Origin: Halarcobacter sp.
Lineage (GTDB): Bacteria; Campylobacterota; Campylobacteria; Campylobacterales; Arcobacteraceae
NCBI GenBank assembly: GCA_048571215.1
Contig: CP182352.1
Location: forward strand, 1,472,001-1,536,000
Direction of reading: 5' to 3'
Length of the DNA: 64,000 nt
Shown here: positions 49,419-56,886 of the stretch, one piece after another
Layout: each line of letters starts with the position of its first letter
How positions within the stretch are numbered: the first letter of the stretch is position 1
Notes under the pieces: generated by a model
The model's input: only the letters and a program-made list of their open reading frames with translations
The model's database searches: none
Told to the model about the DNA's origin: nothing
Made by a program: the position numbers and the translations under genes

Positions 49419-51298
49419 TACCAAACCTTAGAATTTAATACTACATAAAGATTAGTTTTATCTTTAGTTCCACTATCTGATGAATTTAAAGGAAAGCCAA
49501 TCGTTGTTTTAAGAAAAGTATCTTTAAAAACTTCTGCAATAACTTCAAAACCTGTTCCTAACAAATAAGAATATCTATCATCCCCAACAACTGGCTTATT
49601 TATATAAATTCTTCCATAATCTAAAAATAAACCAAGCTTTAAACGTTCATCAACATAATCTATATCTGTTTGAGGTAAAATAAAATACTCTAAAGAGGTA
49701 TCAAAACCTGTATCACCAACAAATTTTGAGGAAGCATAACCCCTAACACTATTTAAACCACCCAAAGAGTAAACTTCAGAAAGTGGCAATCTATCCTTTG
49801 AAAACTGAGTGTTAAGTCTAAATGATAATTCACCAAATAAATTTATCTTTTTTTGATACATAAGAGTTGAATTTAATTTAATATAACTACTAGCTTGGTT
49901 TGTTCTTGATTGTGTCGAAGTAGCCTCTGACAAACTTCCCTTTGATATATTAATATTAGTATATAAAGTACTAAATACACCATTTTCCTGTGTATTAAAA
50001 CCAGCACTAAAGACCTTTAATCTATCTAATGAAGAGAGTGCATTAAAAAGGTAACTTTTTGTTTTTTTGTATTGATAATCAAATCTTAAATTCATACTTT
50101 CAGATATGGTTCTTTTTAATGGATGAGAAAATCCAAGAGTATAGATTTTTGTTTCACCCTCTATACCTAAGTTTGCAAAATCAGAACCGCTTACTATATA
50201 GTTTGAAGATAAAGCAGTAAAATGTAATTTTGTATGTTTGTTATTTATAGGTAAAGAATAATCAAAATTTTCAAGTTCCATTCCTGAAGGATTTATACTT
50301 CTCATAATATTTAAACTTGATAAATCACCATCAATAATACTATTTCCATAAATCAAATCTGCACGAACTCTATTTCTTGAAATCGCCTTTGAACCTAAAT
50401 TATCATAGGAAAGATTTGCACTAAAAGGTAATTCATCTTTTACTTTTAAAACCACATCTGTAGAAGCAGGAGCTGAACCTTTTTTCATATATGATTTAAC
50501 TTCTAAATTTGAATATTCATTTAAAAGAAGTATTGATTCTACAAGCTTATTATAATTTAAATTATCTCCATTTTTTTTATCAAAAGATTTTTTAATAAAA
50601 TCGCTACTATAGTATTTATTCCCCTCAACTGTAATATTTCCATATTTACCTTGAACTAATAGAATCTTTAAAATCTCATTAGATAGATCTTGCTTAGGTA
50701 TTAATACCTTTATAAAAAGTCTATTTTTTTCTTTTAAATACTTTTCAATTACCTCTTTGATTTTATTTAACTCATTAATACTATAATATTTTTTAGTAAA
50801 TAGATTTACAATCCTTAATAATTCACCTCTTAAATCATTTGGTAAATTTATAATCTCTATATGTTTAATAAAATATTTACCTTTATTTGTCACTTTTCTT
50901 TTATTTGTTTTTTTAGATGATAAGCTCATCTTAGATGGTTTGTTTTTTAACTCTTTGAGTTTTTTCTTTGTTTCTAGACTATTATTTTTATGTTCCTTAT
51001 TAATTAAAGAGTTATATTTGTCTATATCATGAATCTTTACAAAGGGATAATTAACCCACCCTTCAATTGTTTTAAACCAAGGATAAGTACTAGATTTATT
51101 TAAATCAATATCTATAATATCTTTTTGTTTAACATATCTCTTTTTTTTAACTTTTATTACTTTACTATCTACACTCTTATCTTCATATATATTATTATTT
51201 AATTTAAATAGATTGATTCTATTTTCTTTTGCATACAAATTTAGTGCGAAAAATATTGTAAATAGTATTGACAGGTTTTTTTTATTTAAAAGTTTCAT
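49418..51298 (-). CDS. TpsB (ShlB/FhaC/HecB) outer-membrane transporter with N-terminal extension
   Basis: POTRA motifs (IPKQD, GNKYYS), DNLGSK, GGLNSVRGY loop-6 motif, terminal aromatic W. Confidence 0.92.
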   Translation of the reverse strand: MKLLNKKNLSILFTIFFALNLYAKENRINLFKLNNNIYEDKSVDSKVIKVKKKRYVKQKDIIDIDLNKSSTYPWFKTIEGWVNYPFVKIHDIDKYNSLINKEHKNNSLETKKKLKELKNKPSKMSLSSKKTNKRKVTNKGKYFIKHIEIINLPNDLRGELLRIVNLFTKKYYSINELNKIKEVIEKYLKEKNRLFIKVLIPKQDLSNEILKILLVQGKYGNITVEGNKYYSSDFIKKSFDKKNGDNLNYNKLVESILLLNEYSNLEVKSYMKKGSAPASTDVVLKVKDELPFSANLSYDNLGSKAISRNRVRADLIYGNSIIDGDLSSLNIMRSINPSGMELENFDYSLPINNKHTKLHFTALSSNYIVSGSDFANLGIEGETKIYTLGFSHPLKRTISESMNLRFDYQYKKTKSYLFNALSSLDRLKVFSAGFNTQENGVFSTLYTNINISKGSLSEATSTQSRTNQASSYIKLNSTLMYQKKINLFGELSFRLNTQFSKDRLPLSEVYSLGGLNSVRGYASSKFVGDTGFDTSLEYFILPQTDIDYVDERLKLGLFLDYGRIYINKPVVGDDRYSYLLGTGFEVIAEVFKDTFLKTTIGFPLNSSDSGTKDKTNLYVVLNSKVW

Positions 51299-51927
51299 TA
51301 TTTTCTAGTCAATACTGCTCTAATTGATTTTTTCTCATCTTTTTTTAACTTCACTGGTTTAAATTCATATGTATTGTAACCATCTTTTTCAACTCTAATA
51401 TTATGCATTACACTAGCAGTTATAGGTATATATTTATTTGAACTTTTTCCAATAAATTTTCCATCTACATATACTTTATCATTAGAAACATTACTTCTTA
51501 TTTGCAAATACCCTAAAGTTTTATTCTGATCAATCTTTTTTTGTATAAGTTTTAAAGTTTTTATTGCTTCTTTGTTTTTTTGTTTTGCAGCTAATTGATA
51601 ATAAAAAATTGCAAGTTTTAAATTCTTTTCAACTCCAACACCTTTTAAATAAGCATTTCCCATAGTATTTTGAGCTACATCATAACCATCATTAGCACTT
51701 AATGTATAAAAAGAGATTGCTTTTTTTACATCTTTTTTCACACCTAAACCTAACTCATACATATAACCTAGATTAAATTTTGCAACCATTCCCTCTTGAG
51801 CAATTTTCAAAAAAATCTCTTGAGCTTTTTTATAATCTTTTTTATCAAAAGCTTTTTTACCATCTTCTATATTTGCATTGGCTATTGATATAAATATAAC
51901 CATAAAAGCAAGTAGTAGTTTTTTCAT
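51298..51927 (-). CDS. Exported SEL1-like repeat protein with C-terminal PEGA-like domain
   Basis: Signal peptide, AKFNLGYMYELGLGV and AQNTMGNAYLKGVGV repeats, IRSNVSNDKVYVDG...IRVEKDGY. Confidence 0.85.
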   Translation of the reverse strand: MKKLLLAFMVIFISIANANIEDGKKAFDKKDYKKAQEIFLKIAQEGMVAKFNLGYMYELGLGVKKDVKKAISFYTLSANDGYDVAQNTMGNAYLKGVGVEKNLKLAIFYYQLAAKQKNKEAIKTLKLIQKKIDQNKTLGYLQIRSNVSNDKVYVDGKFIGKSSNKYIPITASVMHNIRVEKDGYNTYEFKPVKLKKDEKKSIRAVLTRK

Positions 51928-51954
51928 ATGTTCTCTCCTAATTTCAACTTAACA

Positions 51955-51987
51955 ATTGTATAAAAAAAGTTTGTCAAACTTTGTCAA
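51955..51987 (-). promoter_or_regulatory. TPS operon promoter: TTGACAAAGTTTGACAA + 10 nt + TACAAT
   Basis: + strand TTGTCAAACTTTGTCAA at 51971-51987; exact match to the motif at 33783-33799. Confidence 0.7.
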
Positions 51988-52310
51988 TTTGAAAGTTTCA
52001 AATAAATTTAATATAAGGATAGAAAAATATTGATAAATTATTTGCTACTGTAATATATAATAAAAATATATATTTAAAAGCTAGCATTGAACTTTAATTC
52101 ATTGAATCAGTAAATAGATTATATATAATATATAAAAAATCTATTTTATCTTTTAACACAAATAAAGAATATTAAATATTAATATATGTGTAAAAATGCA
52201 ACAAACAATTCCTATTTTACAATTATAAATAAAATTGATAAAACTATAAGTTTAATATTTCTTTAATTGAGGTAAGTTTTTAATTAAAAAGTAAAAAAAT
52301 TAGGAAGAAT

Positions 52311-54092
52311 ATGCGATTTATTTTTTTAATACTCCTTTATATGATAAATTTATCTGCAAATAGTATTTCAATAATTGAATCAAAATATTTTTTAGATAAA
52401 CAACACTCTTATACAACTGAAAATATTTATAAAAATAAAAATAAATTTACCCCTTATAATTATGAAAATGCAACTTTTGGTTTTAAAAAAGACACCATAT
52501 GGTTGTATTTTAAAGTTAAAAATAATACAAATATAAAACAAGAAAATTTAATAGAATTTTTATATAGACTTCACGACTATATCTATATAATGGAGTATAA
52601 AGATGGTCAAGTTATTGACCAATATTTAACAGGAGACTTAACAAAACATAATACTAGAAAAATAGATTCTAATGACTTACTTATTCCATACACATTAGAT
52701 AAAAATGAAACAAAAGAGTTTATCTTTAAAATAAATTCTGACAGTAACTTAAGTATTGGTCTAAATTTTTTATCAAAAAAACAATACTATGAAAACTCAA
52801 AACAAAATAGCATAGCTCTTGCTCTTTATTATGGAGCAACCTTAATTATGCTGTTTTATAACCTGTTCCTTTTTATAATGATAAAAGAAAAAGTATATTT
52901 ATATTATGTTCTTTTTCACTTAACTTTTGCCCTTGCACTATTAACATCAAATGGTATATCATTTACTTTATTTTGGCCTAATTTCCCACAGATAAACTCT
53001 TTTTTTATGCCTTTAATTTTTTCTTTAACAAATATATTTTCTGTATTATTTGCTATAGATTTCTTAGAAATAAAAAAATATAGTAAAAAAATACTCTATT
53101 ATTTATACTTTATTTTACTTATCCATATTATACTTTTACTTAATATTTTTATTGAAGGCTATTCTATTCTTGAAACAATGCTTAGTTTTTCTTTAATATC
53201 GGTGTTTTCATTATTTTTTATTGCTATTTATACCCTTATTAAATACAAAACTATTTCATCAAAGTTTTTTGTTATAGCTTGGAGTTTTTTATTATTTGGT
53301 TCTATCATAGAAGAATTACAAGGTCTGGGTATTATAAAAATGGGACCAATTTTATCTTATTCATCTCAAATTGGTGCATTCTTTGAGCTAACTTTATTAT
53401 CTTTTGCATTAGCATACAAATATAATATTGTATTCAACAAACTTCAAAAAACAGAATCAAACCTAAGAGTTTTAAATGCAAATTTGCAAGAAAAAGTTGA
53501 TGAAAAAACTAAAGATTTAAAATTATTAATAAAAGAGATGCACCATAGAGTAAAGAACAATTTTCAATTTATTCTTACTTTCCTTTGGGCCCAAAAAAAC
53601 TCCACTAAAGATGAAAACTCTTTAAAGGCAATAAATCAAACTACACAAAGAATCTATGCTATTTCATCTTTACATGAATTACTTAACATATCTACTACCA
53701 TCTCAATAGATATTAAATCATATATTGAAAATATGCTAAATTCATTTGTAGAACAAGATAAAAATATCACTTACGAAAAAAATATTGACAATATTACTCT
53801 TGATTATGATAAAACAGTTTCAATTGGACTTATTTTAAATGAACTAATTACAAATAGTAATAAGTATGCTTTTAAAGATATTAGTAATCCAACAATTAAA
53901 ATATTATTTTATAAAAAAAATGATATTTATATATTAGATTATTGTGACAATGGAATAGGTTTTGATAAGAAAATATTAAATAATAGTTTAGGCTTGGGTT
54001 TTGAGCTAATCTATGGTTTAGCAAAGAAGATTCATGCTGAAGTAAATTTAGATACCAAAAAAGGTACAAGATTTGAAATAAAATTTAAGTAA
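52311..54092 (+). CDS. 7TM-DISM sensor histidine kinase (DISMED2 + 7TM + HisKA_2 + HATPase)
   Basis: FGFKKDTIWL periplasmic domain, FYNLFLF...YLYYV 7TM signature, EMHHRVKNNFQ, NELITNSNKYAF, DNGIG. Confidence 0.9.
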   Translation: MRFIFLILLYMINLSANSISIIESKYFLDKQHSYTTENIYKNKNKFTPYNYENATFGFKKDTIWLYFKVKNNTNIKQENLIEFLYRLHDYIYIMEYKDGQVIDQYLTGDLTKHNTRKIDSNDLLIPYTLDKNETKEFIFKINSDSNLSIGLNFLSKKQYYENSKQNSIALALYYGATLIMLFYNLFLFIMIKEKVYLYYVLFHLTFALALLTSNGISFTLFWPNFPQINSFFMPLIFSLTNIFSVLFAIDFLEIKKYSKKILYYLYFILLIHIILLLNIFIEGYSILETMLSFSLISVFSLFFIAIYTLIKYKTISSKFFVIAWSFLLFGSIIEELQGLGIIKMGPILSYSSQIGAFFELTLLSFALAYKYNIVFNKLQKTESNLRVLNANLQEKVDEKTKDLKLLIKEMHHRVKNNFQFILTFLWAQKNSTKDENSLKAINQTTQRIYAISSLHELLNISTTISIDIKSYIENMLNSFVEQDKNITYEKNIDNITLDYDKTVSIGLILNELITNSNKYAFKDISNPTIKILFYKKNDIYILDYCDNGIGFDKKILNNSLGLGFELIYGLAKKIHAEVNLDTKKGTRFEIKFK

Positions 54093-54100
54093 GGTGAGTT

Positions 54101-54793
54101 ATGGATAAAAAACTAAATGTTTTGATAGTGGAAGATGAACCATTAATCTCTATTTTCATAAAAAAAATAGTGATAAACATGGGAGCAAATATTATAGATA
54201 TTTGTGATAATTGTGATGATGCAATACAAGTTCTTAAAAATGAAAAACCAGACCTAATATTTATGGATATAAATTTAAATGGTCCAATAGATGGAATAAA
54301 TATAATTAGAAGTATAAATTTTTCCTATTCACCAACTATATATTTTGTAAGTGCTTATGGAGATAAAGATACAATAGAAGATGCTCTTTCTACAAACCCA
54401 TATAACTATTTAATAAAACCTATAAAAGAAGAGGATATCGAAATAGCTGTTACTCTAGCAAAAAAGAGATTTCTATACTCTTCTAAAAGTAAGGCTCAAA
54501 GTAACAATCAGTTTTTCAAATTTGATAATGAATATAAATGGGATAAGATAAATAATACTTTATTATACAAAGATGAGAAAGTTGATTTAACTAACTATGA
54601 AACATTACTTCTAAAATTACTTATAAAAAATCCTAATAAAACAGTCACTTATGAGGAAATTCACTATTATGTGTATGAAGATTCTGAATATAGTTTAAAT
54701 GCAATCTTCTCATTAATAAAAAGAATAAGAAAAAAAATTCCAAAAGATTTTATAAAAGCATCATATAAAAAAGGCTACAAACTTGGAATTTAA
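54101..54793 (+). CDS. Response regulator (receiver + OmpR-type wHTH)
   Basis: VEDE, FMDINL, VSAY, YLIKP intact receiver; wHTH closely similar to that of 33850-34461. Confidence 0.92.
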   Translation: MDKKLNVLIVEDEPLISIFIKKIVINMGANIIDICDNCDDAIQVLKNEKPDLIFMDINLNGPIDGINIIRSINFSYSPTIYFVSAYGDKDTIEDALSTNPYNYLIKPIKEEDIEIAVTLAKKRFLYSSKSKAQSNNQFFKFDNEYKWDKINNTLLYKDEKVDLTNYETLLLKLLIKNPNKTVTYEEIHYYVYEDSEYSLNAIFSLIKRIRKKIPKDFIKASYKKGYKLGI

Positions 54794-56141
54794 TAAATAT
54801 TTAAACAAAAATAAACTTAACTTGAAAATAACCACAACAAAAAAGTATTTGTCTACTATATTATATATAGGGTTTTTATTTAATCTAAATGCTGATGATA
54901 AATTTTCTATTTATCCAAAAATTGATTTATTTATTAATTACGAATCACAAAACCTTGACTATAGTCCATTAGGACAGGTGGTAAATGGCATTCAAAAAAA
55001 CAATTTTTCAAACTCAATTATTGGCGCTGAGATTGGATTTGATATCAATTATAATAATTTTGATCTAGTTATTCAAGGAAGCGGTATCTCAAGTTTGAAT
55101 AATCTGTCAAACAATAATCTAAAAATAGACTCTACTTATTTTGACAATAACAACAAAGATTTTTTTTATCTTTCAAACTTATATCTACAAAAAAATATAG
55201 ACAATTTTAACTTTAAACTTGGAAGACAAGAATATAATAATCAATTAGTAAATAGAAATAAAAAAATTATATCAAATCAATATGAAGGTATCTATTTTGA
55301 TTATGAAAAAGATAATTTTAAAATTGATTCAATGTATTTTAAAAAAGTTGCAGCATCAAGCATATCAAATGTAGTTCCATTTAATCATGATTATGGAGTA
55401 TTAGGATATGGAAAAGGTTATAATATTGGAAAATTTGTCTCTGTTTCAAAATATATTTCAAATAAAGAATACAATACTAATGGTGCACTTATCACTAATT
55501 TAACATATGGAAATGAACGCAATAATATAAATATACAAAACCTCTATGCAGATGATTTTTTCAATACTACAAATCTAAACCTAACACTTTCTAAAGAGTT
55601 TAATGATTTAGTTTTAAGTTCAAAACTTGGATTTATAAAACAAGTTGACGTAGGTGAAAACTATCTAGCAAAAGATTATGGCAATAAAAAGATTGATGGT
55701 AAAATGTATCAAGGTAGTTTAAATTTTGAATATAAAAATTTCTTTGGATCATATACTCATGTTAAAACACCTTATAATACAAATGCTGTATTAAATGGAA
55801 CTCTTATATCCCCTTTTTCTAACAAATTAAGTTGGATTTATGGTCCACAAACTTCACACTCATTTATCGCAGATACAGTTTCAAATCAATTTATACTTGG
55901 TACTGGATTAATGGTTTTTGATATACCATCTCTTCTAATGATTGCAAAAATAGATTATGAAATAGACAAAAATAATATTAATTCAGGACTTACTCTTCAT
56001 ACTAGAGAAAACTACTTATATTTTGAATCTTATATTTCAGATTCTTTAACCTATACAATTCAATATTCTGATGCTAAAAATATAGATTTATTAACAAAAA
56101 GAAATAAAAATTTAAGAACATTCATAAACTATAAATTTTGA
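54783..56141 (+). CDS. Outer-membrane beta-barrel porin (OprD-like)
   Basis: Signal peptide ending LNA, KLGRQ motif, alternating beta strands, terminal NYKF; start may be TTG at 54822. Confidence 0.72.
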   Translation: MEFNKYLNKNKLNLKITTTKKYLSTILYIGFLFNLNADDKFSIYPKIDLFINYESQNLDYSPLGQVVNGIQKNNFSNSIIGAEIGFDINYNNFDLVIQGSGISSLNNLSNNNLKIDSTYFDNNNKDFFYLSNLYLQKNIDNFNFKLGRQEYNNQLVNRNKKIISNQYEGIYFDYEKDNFKIDSMYFKKVAASSISNVVPFNHDYGVLGYGKGYNIGKFVSVSKYISNKEYNTNGALITNLTYGNERNNINIQNLYADDFFNTTNLNLTLSKEFNDLVLSSKLGFIKQVDVGENYLAKDYGNKKIDGKMYQGSLNFEYKNFFGSYTHVKTPYNTNAVLNGTLISPFSNKLSWIYGPQTSHSFIADTVSNQFILGTGLMVFDIPSLLMIAKIDYEIDKNNINSGLTLHTRENYLYFESYISDSLTYTIQYSDAKNIDLLTKRNKNLRTFINYKF

Positions 56142-56266
56142 TAAGTCTAAGTTAATAATAAACTAACAGTTACAAAGACTTAGTATATTTTCCATAATCA
56201 TATTAAAAAATATACTAAGCTTAAGATAAATCTTATTCGATTTTTAGTTCTTGAATTTTCACACTA

Positions 56267-56737
56267 TTATAAAAACACATATTTATGTTTTGCTTTTACT
56301 TTTTTGTGACAAGCAGGTTTATCATTATTACAAGCTCCATGATCATGATTATGTTCATGACTTTTACAAGAAGAACTATCTTTTTTATCTTCATGCTCTT
56401 TAATTATGTTTAATAATTCTTCATTAGATAACTCTTTTAAACTATTATTATCAAAAGCTTCAATAAGTGCACTTGTAGTTATTCTACCCTCACCAGCATA
56501 TAAAACTTTCATATTAGTTTGGGTAACTTTATTAAAAGGTTTAGAACCCATCTCTTGTATAACAATTTTTTCTACACCCTTTTGTAAAAACCAACTAATT
56601 AGTTGAGAACCCTTTTCGTATGGATTTTTTTCAACCTTTAACTCTTTACCATCATAAAAAGCAAAATATTTTGCTTTTCCAAATAAAGGTGAAATTGCTG
56701 CATCCTCTTTATTTGTTTTTAGTGGAAATGTAATCAT
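56267..56737 (-). CDS. NifB/NifX-family metal-cluster-binding protein with His/Cys-rich tail
   Basis: ISPLFGKAKYFAFYD, ..NP, EMGSKPF pattern; tail SCKSHEHNHDHGAC. Confidence 0.8.
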   Translation of the reverse strand: MITFPLKTNKEDAAISPLFGKAKYFAFYDGKELKVEKNPYEKGSQLISWFLQKGVEKIVIQEMGSKPFNKVTQTNMKVLYAGEGRITTSALIEAFDNNSLKELSNEELLNIIKEHEDKKDSSSCKSHEHNHDHGACNNDKPACHKKVKAKHKYVFL

Positions 56738-56886
56738 CTTTTTTCCTTATTTTTATTATTTAACTAATTTAGCATATCTTATTATTTGATTTAGTTATAA
56801 TAAATTCATAAGTATTTATTATTTTAGAATTATACATCTTTATTGTTAAGTAAATATTAATTTAAATATAAGTGTATCTTATATAA

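Noticed and set aside
33783..51987. The inverted 17-bp pair as transposon terminal inverted repeats
   Set aside because: No transposase or target duplication seen; the internal direct-repeat structure and fixed spacing to -10 hexamers fit regulator sites better.
56267..56737. Evidence for nitrogen fixation
   Set aside because: NifX-like domains are common in non-diazotrophs and no other nif gene is present here.
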